Origin: Patescibacteria group bacterium
GTDB taxonomy: Bacteria; Patescibacteriota; WWE3; UBA101185; UBA10185
Direction of reading: 5' to 3'
Assembly: GCA_049322215.1 (NCBI GenBank)
Contig: JBMORU010000001.1
Coordinates: 755 to 64,754, forward strand
DNA: 64,000 nucleotides
The translations under genes and the position numbers were made by a program. The notes under the pieces are model-generated. The model ran no database searches and was not told the DNA's origin. It saw only the letters and a program-made list of their open reading frames with translations. This document shows, piece after piece, positions 42,212-51,381 of the stretch. The number at the start of each line of letters is the position of its first letter. The stretch's first letter is position 1.

Positions 42212-42559
42212 ATGAAAGATGACAAAGGCTGGAACAAATATGGACCAAAAACCTTTAACGGGATAGAGGTACGTATGGCGCTTTTAAACGAAATTTGTGG
42301 GTTTGTTATTATAGAGGTATCCCAAAACAGAGACCCTAAAATAACTGATTTTGAAGGATCAATGAGAGAAGCAGTAACCGAGATGGAACTGGAAGCTTTA
42401 ATTGATGCTTTTAAAACCTTCGCAAAGCACTGGTTGTCATTTGAAGCGCCTAGACCAAAGATTGTTGGAAACTTCAAGAAACTTTTTGAACCTTTGGCAC
42501 TGCTTGATTTTGAGAACTTGCCTGCACAAATTAAAGCTTTTGACTTTTCAACACTGTAA
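42212..42559 (+). CDS. Hypothetical protein (115 aa)
   Basis: GGAGG SD, TAGACA-N17-TATACT promoter (42158-42186), long hairpin plus T8 at 42568-42619. Confidence 0.7.
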   Translation: MKDDKGWNKYGPKTFNGIEVRMALLNEICGFVIIEVSQNRDPKITDFEGSMREAVTEMELEALIDAFKTFAKHWLSFEAPRPKIVGNFKKLFEPLALLDFENLPAQIKAFDFSTL

Positions 42560-42793
42560 TATTTATACCTGTAAAGTTTTCTTTAAAAACCTAGGAGAAC
42601 TTTGCAGGTATTTTTTTTTAATTGGAAGGAAGTATAGAAAAACCTCAAACTTTGAGGGCAATTCATCACTATAAGTTAGGCTATACATTAATGCAATGTC
42701 ACATATCCTAGCAAAACTAGAAATCCCTTTAGTGCATAAATACTAAGCATATGAGATCATTGCACTGTGTATTACAAAGTAAAAATTAAAACT

Positions 42794-43018
42794 ATGAAGT
42801 ATATAGTGCTTACCTACTGTGTTTTGACGAAAAATATAGCGGGAGCTATGAAAATGTATGAGAAACTTTTCAATAAATACCTATCTAAAGTAGACACACC
42901 TGAAGCATTTGATATATGGAAGGATATACAAGAAACAAACCTCGGAAAAACTTTTAATAATAGGTTAGGAAACCAGAATGCCAGTGAGAATTTTGTAGAA
43001 AAACTTAAAAAACTATAA
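42794..43018 (+). CDS. Possible small hypothetical protein or remnant
   Basis: Short AT-rich ORF with uncertain start (GGAG precedes ATG 42848/42854). Confidence 0.3.
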   Translation: MKYIVLTYCVLTKNIAGAMKMYEKLFNKYLSKVDTPEAFDIWKDIQETNLGKTFNNRLGNQNASENFVEKLKKL

Positions 43019-43020
43019 CT

Positions 43021-43320
43021 TTACAGTTTTATTGACTCCAAGTCCCCAGATTCCAAATGGAACAAAATATCACACAGTGGATATACAGAGGTTTTTAGCA
43101 TGTGGTGAATTGGCTCGGCTTCAAAAATGTTACCAATTTCATAGGCAACCATATCAGGCAACTCCCCCGCGTACCACTCCTTATAAACATTCGTAAGAAA
43201 CGTATCGGTCTTGGAAACGTTTTCAGCAGACAAGTTGGTAAGATCAAGATTGCTCTTCTTAATATAATTAAGGGCATCTTCAGAAAACTTTTCTATTTGT
43301 GCATCGGTAAATAAATTCAT
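43021..43320 (-). CDS. Hypothetical acidic protein (99 aa)
   Basis: ORF directly downstream of tRNA-Ala with a -10-like TATATT near the start. Confidence 0.55.
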   Translation of the reverse strand: MNLFTDAQIEKFSEDALNYIKKSNLDLTNLSAENVSKTDTFLTNVYKEWYAGELPDMVAYEIGNIFEAEPIHHMLKTSVYPLCDILFHLESGDLESIKL

Positions 43321-43399
43321 AGTAATTCAATAATATACTACTAAATAAGTAAAAAGAAATGTTAAAAACTCTAAGGAAATGTAAGAAAACATGAGGTCA

Positions 43400-43475
43400 T
43401 GGTGGACCGTACCGGGTTCGAACCGGTGACCTCTACTATGCCATAGTAGCGCTCTACCAACTGAGCTAACGGCCC
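43400..43475 (-). tRNA. tRNA-Ala(GGC)
   Basis: GGGCCGTTAGCTCAGTTGGTAGAGCG-CTACT-ATGGCAT-AGTAG...GGTTCGAACCC...TCCACCA with G3:U70. Confidence 0.95.
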
Positions 43476-43521
43476 TCACCTTAATTTAACTTTGCGCTAC
43501 GACTGCCTACGGCAGTCTAAT

Positions 43522-43548
43522 GCGCTCTACCAACTGAGCTAACGGCCC
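43522..43548 (-). repeat. Exact 27-nt duplicate of the tRNA-Ala 5' end
   Basis: 43522-43548 is identical to 43449-43475 (GCGCTCTACCAACTGAGCTAACGGCCC on +). Confidence 0.9.
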
Positions 43549-43561
43549 ACAAGTAAAAACA

Positions 43562-44722
43562 CTAAGATCCTGGAGCCTCATCACCTTTATACATATCTTC
43601 TACCTCGTCACTAAAAACCATGCGTTTATTAGGTAGGTTTTCAATGGTATACATTTTAACAGGTTTCTCTGCTTCAAAGGTAACTACTTCAGGTAAAGTA
43701 TCAATTATTGATAAAACTTCTTCTTCAAGTTTTTCTAAACCAACTCCAGCCACTGCGGAAATGCCAAATACCGTAACACCTAGTTTTTCAAACTCTTTCC
43801 CTATTTGTTCAAAACTTTCATTAATTTCGGTAATATCTATTTTATTAATTACAACTATTTCCTTCTTTTTTTGCAAATCTGCATCATAATCTCCAAGTTC
43901 TTTTCTTATTATTCTGTAAGATTCTAATGCATTCATCACTAAGTCTTTTTCACTGATAGCTAACGGATCAATCATATGTATCAGCATTCGAGTTCGTTCT
44001 ATATGGCGTAAGAAATCATCCCCTAAACCTTTTCCTTCAGAAGCCCCTTCAATTAAACCAGGAATATCAGCGACAATTACTGACTTACCGCTTTTAAGCT
44101 TCCACAAGCCTAAGTTTGGATGAATAGTTGTAAACGGATAACTGGCAGTTTTCGCATTAGAGGATGTTAAATGGTTTACTAATGTACTCTTTCCAGCATT
44201 AGGCATTCCAACTAAACCAATATCAGCAATTAGTTTTATTTCAAGTCTAATTGTCTTTCTTTGTCCTTCTTTGCCTTTTGTAAATTGTGTGGGAGTTCTA
44301 TTTGTAGAACTTTTAAAACGCTCATTTCCTTTACCACCACGCCCACCTTCGGCAATGAGTAAAGTTTGCTCATGCATAACTAAATCGCCAACTAATACTT
44401 CTTCACCGTTTTCACGTACTTCATAAATTAAAGTGCCCACAGGAAGTTTAATTATTAAGTCATCACCTGACTTTCCATGACGTTTCTTTTTTCCGCCTTC
44501 TCCACCTTCTTCAGCTTTATATTTAGGCTTTGCTCTAAAATCCATTAACGTGGCCATGTTATGGTCAGCTACAAAATAAACATTGCCCCCGTTACCCCCG
44601 TCACCTCCATCGGGGCCACCACGAGGTATGTATTTTTCTCTACGAAAAGACACTTTGCCATCACCACCCTTACCGGCAGTTACTTCTATTATAGCTGTAT
44701 CAATTAGCTTATTTTGTTTCAT
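43562..44722 (-). CDS. obgE: GTPase ObgE
   Basis: AGKGGDG.VSFRREKY.P.GGPDGGDGG, GMPNAGKST, YPFTT..P, DIPGLIEGA, NKID. Confidence 0.97.
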   Translation of the reverse strand: MKQNKLIDTAIIEVTAGKGGDGKVSFRREKYIPRGGPDGGDGGNGGNVYFVADHNMATLMDFRAKPKYKAEEGGEGGKKKRHGKSGDDLIIKLPVGTLIYEVRENGEEVLVGDLVMHEQTLLIAEGGRGGKGNERFKSSTNRTPTQFTKGKEGQRKTIRLEIKLIADIGLVGMPNAGKSTLVNHLTSSNAKTASYPFTTIHPNLGLWKLKSGKSVIVADIPGLIEGASEGKGLGDDFLRHIERTRMLIHMIDPLAISEKDLVMNALESYRIIRKELGDYDADLQKKKEIVVINKIDITEINESFEQIGKEFEKLGVTVFGISAVAGVGLEKLEEEVLSIIDTLPEVVTFEAEKPVKMYTIENLPNKRMVFSDEVEDMYKGDEAPGS

Positions 44723-44737
44723 AAATGGATTTTAGCA

Positions 44738-45934
44738 TTAATTTGTATAATTTAATGGATTCTGAGCTACACCATTATACTTAATTATATAGTGAACGTG
44801 AGGACCAGTAGAACGCCCGGTATTACCCATTAAGCCTAAAACAGACCCTCTACCTACTTCTTGACCATAACCAACATCAACACGGCTCATATGCCCATAC
44901 ACTGTGCTATAACCGTTTCCATGATCTACTTCTACATGAAGCCCCAACCCCCAAGGATCCCAACCAGATCTTGTAACAACACCACCTGTACAAGAATAAA
45001 TAGGAGGCATACCTTGACCCCAAGGAACAGCAATATCCACCCCATTGTGATACCAAGAAAAATACTGAGTAATAATTCTTGTAGTTGTTGGCCATACACA
45101 ACCAAATGATCCACTTGGAGGCGTAAACGAAGGCGCTGTAAATTGTGCAGGAATTGTTGGTACTATAACCGGCTGCGGAACCTTAGCATCTGGAATAACT
45201 AATTCGGTACCTAACGCAAGACTAGATGTATCTATAATATAGTTAAAGTCAGCAATAGCTTGCTCGGCAACAGAGTATTTTTTAGCAATTGACGCTAAGG
45301 AATCACCTTTTTCAACCGTGTGTATTAATCCCGAAACAGGAGGAATAGTTAATTCCTGCCCTACTTTTAGTATAGTGTTATCAGATAAACCATTAACATA
45401 CTCTAAAGCCGCTACCGATATTTTATATCGATTACCAATAGAAGATAAGGTATCACCTGCCGCTACAGTATATGTAAAAGGTTGATTACGTTTTCTACTT
45501 TCTGGTACTACGGTAGTAGCCATGTTTGATGGAGGAATTATATCTGATACTGTAGACAAATAGTCGGGATTGATTTCTTGACTAACAACAAACTTAGAAC
45601 TGTTAAAAACTTCTCCAAACATAAAAACAATAAGTGCCACCACCATTACAATAAAGTTTGCAATTGGTCTGCCCAATCTTCCTCTCGACCAAATAAGCTT
45701 TCGTACTAAATATCTTTTTGCTTCTCTAGAATACTTGTTACTTAAGTAAACTGAATTTCCAAACAAGTAAAAAACCCCTCGTGTGCGTTTAGCAATGTAA
45801 CTTGCAAAGGCATTAAAAAAACGGGCTACTAAGTGCAAAAAATATGGAATTTTATCAGGTCTTTTCGGTTTCAACCCTTCAAAGGTTAGCTTAACGGTAC
45901 GTTGCGAAATAGACCGTCTAATTATTCGAATCAT
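44738..45934 (-). CDS. LysM + M23 peptidase, membrane-anchored
   Basis: Two LysM repeats (YTVAAGDTLSSI, HTVEKGDSLASI), HNGVDIA, YGHMS, GNTGRSTGPHVH. Confidence 0.92.
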   Translation of the reverse strand: MIRIIRRSISQRTVKLTFEGLKPKRPDKIPYFLHLVARFFNAFASYIAKRTRGVFYLFGNSVYLSNKYSREAKRYLVRKLIWSRGRLGRPIANFIVMVVALIVFMFGEVFNSSKFVVSQEINPDYLSTVSDIIPPSNMATTVVPESRKRNQPFTYTVAAGDTLSSIGNRYKISVAALEYVNGLSDNTILKVGQELTIPPVSGLIHTVEKGDSLASIAKKYSVAEQAIADFNYIIDTSSLALGTELVIPDAKVPQPVIVPTIPAQFTAPSFTPPSGSFGCVWPTTTRIITQYFSWYHNGVDIAVPWGQGMPPIYSCTGGVVTRSGWDPWGLGLHVEVDHGNGYSTVYGHMSRVDVGYGQEVGRGSVLGLMGNTGRSTGPHVHYIIKYNGVAQNPLNYTN

Positions 45935-46033
45935 AATAACACTGAGAGATGTGCAATGAATATTTTAACAGTTTATACAAGCATCCACAACTTAAACAAA
46001 CGTTATTACTGTAGGGTAAAGTTAAAGCGAAGA

Positions 46034-46573
46034 CTAGTTAAGGTCGCAGCGAACTTTTTCTTCAAAAGTAGCTAAAGCAGGTTTTCGATACTTAAGCAAA
46101 TAAATTCCGTAAGAAATTAAAGATAAAGAAACTATATATAAAACTATTTGGCTAGAGCCCGTGTCAGGTACAGGAGTTGTACTTTCAGATGTTTCTTCCG
46201 TAACAGTTGTAGTTTCTGTAGTATCAGGTAAAGATTGACCTGTATGCAGTGTAAAAGCAATAGTTTCGCCACCTGAAGATAAAAAGCTTACTGAGTGATC
46301 ACCTGTTTCTAATGTAGAGGCGTATGCCCATATACCAGAGCTGTCTGCTGAAGTAGTAGAAGACTCACCATTTATAGTAACTGTTATTGTAGATCCAGGG
46401 TCTGCTATTCCTGTGAATAATGGATTTATTCCGGTATACCACCAATCGGTGTAATTCGCTCCATTTGTATTTAAAGATCCAATAGTTAAAAGCTCAAAAT
46501 CGGCAGCAAAAACCGGAAAGGCAGTACTTAATAAAAACAATATAACAATCAGTGTAGCGCAAATTCTCTTCAT
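46034..46573 (-). CDS. Secreted Ig-like protein with sortase-type sorting signal (VPDTG)
   Basis: Signal peptide, Big-like P.FTG.A.PGSTITVTI, Thr-rich stalk, VPDTG + TM + basic tail. Confidence 0.75.
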   Translation of the reverse strand: MKRICATLIVILFLLSTAFPVFAADFELLTIGSLNTNGANYTDWWYTGINPLFTGIADPGSTITVTINGESSTTSADSSGIWAYASTLETGDHSVSFLSSGGETIAFTLHTGQSLPDTTETTTVTEETSESTTPVPDTGSSQIVLYIVSLSLISYGIYLLKYRKPALATFEEKVRCDLN

Positions 46574-46619
46574 ACTTACATAAGTCTAGTAACTTAAAAT
46601 CACGGTGTCAATTAGTATT

Positions 46620-47882
46620 TTAACTAGCTTGATGTAAAGTTTGTAAGAATTCGGCGTTTGTCTTAGTTTTTCTTAATCTTTGAACAACTAAATCAGTACT
46701 TTCTCTATCGTCTAACAAGTCGATCATGCGACGTAGTTTGTACACACTTTCTAATTGAACCTCGCTGTATAATTTTTCTTCATGTCTAGTACCACTAGCT
46801 TTAATATTAATTGCGGGATATATACGACGCTCCGCTAATCCTCTGTCTAAACGCAACTCCATATTTCCAGTTCCTTTAAACTCTTCAAAAATCACATCAT
46901 CCATTCTAGAACCTGTTTCAACCAAAGCTGTAGCAATAATAGTTAAACTGCCTCCTTCTTCAAAGTTACGTGCAGCACCAAAAAAATGCTTTGGCGGATA
47001 TAAAGCAGAAGGATCAAAACCACCGGTTAAGGTTCTACCTGAAGGAGGAACTACCATATTGTATGCACGGGCTAATCTTGTTAAAGAGTCCATTAAAATA
47101 ACAACATCCCTTCCGCTTTCAGCTAATCTTTTTGCTCTTTCAAGTGTTATTTCTGCTATGCGTGTTTGCTGTTCTGCAGATTCGTCAAAGTTACTGGCAT
47201 AAACTTCTCCCTGTACGTTTCTTTTCATATCGGTAACCTCTTCAGGACGTTCCCCAATTAATGCCACCATTAACGCTACGTCTGGGTAATTATTTGTTAT
47301 ACCATTAGCTATATCTTTTAATAGCCAGGTTTTACCTGCTTTTGGAGGAGCTACTATCATAGCACGTTGCCCTTTACCTATTGGGGCAACTAAATCTATA
47401 AGGCGTGTAGAAAGAATATTTGACTTAGTTTCAAGCTTCATCCATACATTTGGGAATATTGGAGTTAATCTTGAAAATAAAGGCCTCTTTTTTGCCTCTT
47501 CAAGAGGCATACCATCAACTTCAACAACTTTTAGCATAGATAAATAGCGTTCGCCTTCTTTTGGAGGACGCGCAACACCTTTTACATGGTCGCCCATACG
47601 TAAACCGCAACTTTTAATTTGAGATTGACTCACATACACATCTTTAGGAAGGTCTTCCTCTACTTTCTCTTCTTGTCTTAAAACACCATAATCAGGCAAT
47701 ATTTCTAAAACACCCATTACTTCAACGGTATCCCCCTCAAAACGGTTACCTCCATTATTAGAGCCATTTCTCGTTGTAGAAGAACGGGTCGAAACAACAC
47801 GTTTTACGGCAGAAGATCTACCGTTACTAGAATTATTCGAATTTCTGGAATTATCTGAATTTGTCTTTGTAGTTCTTGGCAT
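46620..47882 (-). CDS. rho: Transcription termination factor Rho
   Basis: DVYVSQSQI...LR.GD, PIGKGQR..IVAPPKAGKT, ERPEEVTDM, DSLTRLARAYN, FEEFKGTGNMEL. Confidence 0.97.
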   Translation of the reverse strand: MPRTTKTNSDNSRNSNNSSNGRSSAVKRVVSTRSSTTRNGSNNGGNRFEGDTVEVMGVLEILPDYGVLRQEEKVEEDLPKDVYVSQSQIKSCGLRMGDHVKGVARPPKEGERYLSMLKVVEVDGMPLEEAKKRPLFSRLTPIFPNVWMKLETKSNILSTRLIDLVAPIGKGQRAMIVAPPKAGKTWLLKDIANGITNNYPDVALMVALIGERPEEVTDMKRNVQGEVYASNFDESAEQQTRIAEITLERAKRLAESGRDVVILMDSLTRLARAYNMVVPPSGRTLTGGFDPSALYPPKHFFGAARNFEEGGSLTIIATALVETGSRMDDVIFEEFKGTGNMELRLDRGLAERRIYPAINIKASGTRHEEKLYSEVQLESVYKLRRMIDLLDDRESTDLVVQRLRKTKTNAEFLQTLHQAS

Positions 47883-48061
47883 AACTAACCTCTCATAAAA
47901 AAATAAACATCTTCTATTGTGGAAACATTCTTGGATATCTAGCTAATGCTTGATAGTTGGCGCAAACGCCAAAAGTTTCTACTAAACTAATTTCACGCTG
48001 AAGACGGGAGATAGCCACTGCCCCGAGCTACCTCCCAACTTCAACGAGAAATCTACAGCAC

Positions 48062-48718
48062 TTAATTGGTAAGCAGACCTTTCACGACAAGGCGTTTATT
48101 ATACCCTTGCCCTGGAAGCCAAACCCCACCGCAAGTTATTAAAGTCACAGTAGGTGCTTCAGTAGTTTCAAAGATTTCTAATCTGTTAGGATCCTGGATG
48201 TCAACATAAAATGAATCGGTTATTTTATAAGTGTATTCTCTACCGTATTCATCAACTACCGATACTGTATCATCTACTTTTATATTTTTCAATTGCCAAA
48301 ATGCAGCAGGACTTCCTGTGTTTGTATCATAATGTGCAGCAATAATTAAATTACCATTTTGCCCTGGCATAGCACCATCTTCATACCAACCGGCATCTCC
48401 CCAATTAGCGGGCACACCTAAAGCACCATCTTCTTCTACATTTATATGTACAATATTTAAACTTAAGTCAAAGGTATTTAAATAAAGCTTTTTTGGCTCT
48501 GAATACAAACCCATTCTAAAAGAATCAAAAGGAGACTCTGGTTGAGAAGTAGCTGACTCTAAATTTTTATCTATATTTTCCGTAGGCGAAGCTCCCTCAG
48601 ATATTCTATTAGAAGGTAAAAGATTAATAATACTTAAGCGGTTAGCATACAAAAAGTAACCCAATAGGGGCAAAATTACTCCAATTATTAAAATTTGTAG
48701 AAGTTTTCTTTTAGACAT
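48062..48718 (-). CDS. Sortase (class F-like)
   Basis: GAL.VP......GWY..G..PG..GN.IIAAH.D, TLITCGG.W....YNKRLVV. Confidence 0.9.
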   Translation of the reverse strand: MSKRKLLQILIIGVILPLLGYFLYANRLSIINLLPSNRISEGASPTENIDKNLESATSQPESPFDSFRMGLYSEPKKLYLNTFDLSLNIVHINVEEDGALGVPANWGDAGWYEDGAMPGQNGNLIIAAHYDTNTGSPAAFWQLKNIKVDDTVSVVDEYGREYTYKITDSFYVDIQDPNRLEIFETTEAPTVTLITCGGVWLPGQGYNKRLVVKGLLTN

Positions 48719-48745
48719 ATTGAAAGTATACCTTTTTAAAGAGAA

Positions 48746-48765
48746 GGACTAGCTTTCGCTAGTCC
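48746..48765 (-). terminator. Hairpin terminator-like element
   Basis: GGACTAGC-GAAA-GCTAGTCC then TTCTCTTT on the minus strand. Confidence 0.6.
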
Positions 48766-48860
48766 AGTCTCAAAAGGTTTGCTTCCTTAGAGGAAGAATA
48801 GATGGGCCGCGTAAGTTGAACGAACCCAACCCATCTATTCTGCCTCCAAGGGCTAGTTAT

Positions 48861-49526
48861 TTATTTACTTTTTCTTTTTAAAGCTGTTCCACCTGTAAGC
48901 ATGCTTACACCTAATAAGGTTAAAGCTACAGTAGAACTAGCACCAGTGTCAGGCAATTCAGAAATACCTAATACATCACCTTCACTGCCTTCAAAACATA
49001 CGGTAGCTGTGTCAGAAGCTTCTTCGTTGTCATCGTATTCAACTACAGCCTCATTAACTACACAAATGTATTTATCGTCTTCTACATAATCCTCATCGAT
49101 TTTTACCTTTATTTTGAACTCTTTTTCATCACCAGGCTCAAAATCATCCCAATCTTCTGTTAAATCACCAGATATTAATTTTAAACCATCAGGTAAGTAG
49201 TCATGCATGCGCATATTATCAAAAGATACATCGTCTACACCACCGTCATCGGTTTCATTTTTTACGGTTATTATAAATACGATTTCTTCATCTATATCTT
49301 CATATTTAACAATAAGCTTATCTTTATCGGTGTTATCGTCTTCAAAACGAACTTTCTTTTCTATATCAAAAGACTTATTGATAATGCAAGGTTCACCACC
49401 ACCATATGACTGATCTTCACAGTCAGCTGCATGTGCAGTGTTAGGCACCAAAAGTACTACGCTAAAAATAGCAAGTATAATGCCCAAAAGTATTAAATTT
49501 ATTTTAAATAATTTTGTAGTATTCAT
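48861..49526 (-). CDS. DUF11-like surface protein with LPDTG sorting signal
   Basis: Signal peptide, IEKKV...F.ITVKN...D.LPDGL (DUF11-like), ELPDTG + TM + KRKSK. Directly upstream of a sortase. Confidence 0.82.
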   Translation of the reverse strand: MNTTKLFKINLILLGIILAIFSVVLLVPNTAHAADCEDQSYGGGEPCIINKSFDIEKKVRFEDDNTDKDKLIVKYEDIDEEIVFIITVKNETDDGGVDDVSFDNMRMHDYLPDGLKLISGDLTEDWDDFEPGDEKEFKIKVKIDEDYVEDDKYICVVNEAVVEYDDNEEASDTATVCFEGSEGDVLGISELPDTGASSTVALTLLGVSMLTGGTALKRKSK

Positions 49527-49792
49527 AGTTTTTTTATTTTTTAGGCAAGAAAATTTAACAGAATATCTGCTAGTAAATGGGTAACTTTGAAAAATATTAA
49601 CCCAGTTTTGCAAGTTTGTCAAGGCTATAGGGTTGACAAATTTATAAAGCATACATAAAACATACCATTATTTATGAAGAAAGCAAAGTAGGGGTTTTTG
49701 CTAATTTGACGGCAATGACTACCCCATAGTATAATTAGGGTGTTACAATATGTAACTGTGCGTTGAAAACTAAATAATAAGGAGAATGATAA

Positions 49793-51241
49793 ATGAAAAC
49801 GCAAAAGAAAGGTTTATTGGCTTTGTTAGCCACGATCGCGGCGCCTTTAATGCTGATTGGTGCTTTTTTGACCTTAGGCAGTGAAGCAAACGCGCAAGTT
49901 CAGGCCTCAGCAGCTCTGGTTATCCCCCTTTCTACTGACGCCCCGGTAGCAGATGCAAATCCTGTCACCGGAACCGGCGAACAGTGTTGGGACGATGCCC
50001 CACGGATTGTTGATGGAAAACTGTACGATATCTGCGTTGGCTGGAACTACGCCTCTGGTGGAGCATTGAGTACGCACACCATTTGGGCCCCACAATGGCA
50101 AACGGATGCTTTCACAAGAACAATGTGGGGAGGAAATGTTGAAATGGTTGTACAATACAACGACGGCTATACATGCAGCGGACAGTCAGCGAAAGTTGAA
50201 ACTGGGCTAACTCATGCAGTTGTAGCTGTAGGCACTGGCGGCGGTAATATTGGATTTGGACCTGGCGAAGGAGCAGTTTGCGAGCACGAGGTGACGGACT
50301 TTAACACGTACGTTTTTCTTCTCACAAACGTGATTTCTGGCACCGAATTCCAAGTTCTTTCTGACGGCTTCCCTGTGTATGAGGAAACGCTACATGGTGG
50401 TTTGGCCTTTACAGTTACTGCTTCAATTCCCACCTACGCGGAATGGTCTTTGATTCAAACAAACTTGACCCCTCCTGGAGGTGAAGCTGTTCAATCTAGC
50501 CAAGGGTATACATATAATCCCAATCCATCAGAACCTCCTGTGGTACCCGAACTGAATGTCTCTTTGATCACGCCGGTGTTACTCACACAACCTATCACTG
50601 ACACAAGCACGACAGTTGCAGACAACAACGACATTTGCTACAGCGCGCCCGCGGTAGGCTACCTAAGCAACGCATCTCTTCCTGAATGTGTACGGTTCGA
50701 AACTTCGGCACCTACCTCTACGATCGAACTGTTCTACACACCGGAAATGGTAGAGACCAACGGAGATCAAACACTGTGGACCTTTGACCCGGCCAATATG
50801 GATCTCATTGTTACTTACGCTGATGGCACCCAGATGATCTGCGATAGTATCTACATCGTGCCTGGCCCCATGAAAATCGAAGTTATCGGCCAAGGCAGTA
50901 TCGGTCAAGGTGGTGGTGTTTCTGATTCGTGCAACTACGTGCCCGCCTTCCCCATGAAGAAATTCGGCATCAACGTAGCAAACGTCTCGGAACCCACATC
51001 TGTTGTGATGGCCTATGGAGAAAGCAATCCAGAAATCCTGACAAGCCAAACCATCACTACCGATACAGAAATCGTCGTAGAAGTTCCAACCTACCAATGG
51101 ACGTACGTGAGCACCTGGACCTGCGACGCAAACACGGCGCTTATCGGTGGCTTATGTGCACCTTCGCAAGCAGAAGTATCCGGCTGGATGTACTTGCCCC
51201 CGCAACTTACATTCATGCCTGTCGTGTTCAACAACCAGTAA
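49793..51241 (+). CDS. Secreted acidic orphan protein (482 aa) with C-terminal FMPVV tail
   Basis: Signal peptide (EANA), TAAGGAG SD, TTGACG-N18-TATAAT promoter (49706-49735), visibly GC-richer codons, apparent internal two-fold repeat. Confidence 0.8.
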   Translation: MKTQKKGLLALLATIAAPLMLIGAFLTLGSEANAQVQASAALVIPLSTDAPVADANPVTGTGEQCWDDAPRIVDGKLYDICVGWNYASGGALSTHTIWAPQWQTDAFTRTMWGGNVEMVVQYNDGYTCSGQSAKVETGLTHAVVAVGTGGGNIGFGPGEGAVCEHEVTDFNTYVFLLTNVISGTEFQVLSDGFPVYEETLHGGLAFTVTASIPTYAEWSLIQTNLTPPGGEAVQSSQGYTYNPNPSEPPVVPELNVSLITPVLLTQPITDTSTTVADNNDICYSAPAVGYLSNASLPECVRFETSAPTSTIELFYTPEMVETNGDQTLWTFDPANMDLIVTYADGTQMICDSIYIVPGPMKIEVIGQGSIGQGGGVSDSCNYVPAFPMKKFGINVANVSEPTSVVMAYGESNPEILTSQTITTDTEIVVEVPTYQWTYVSTWTCDANTALIGGLCAPSQAEVSGWMYLPPQLTFMPVVFNNQ

Positions 51242-51291
51242 ACCAACCTTAAACGCACACAGCTATGCCTCATAAAGTATAGCTAGATATC

Positions 51292-51357
51292 AAGGGCGAG
51301 CATTAGTGATTGTAAACTTAAAAATTTACTCTCATTAATGACTCGCCTTTCTTTTTT
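51292..51357 (+). terminator. Long imperfect hairpin terminator
   Basis: AAGGGCGAG-CATTAGTGA...TCATTAATG-ACTCGCCTTT followed by a T tract. Confidence 0.7.
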
Positions 51358-51381
51358 CCCTCAATTCTCTATAATTTTCAC

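Noticed and set aside
41959-42477. 172-aa minus-strand ORF
   Set aside because: Overlaps the 42212 gene, which has promoter, SD and terminator support.
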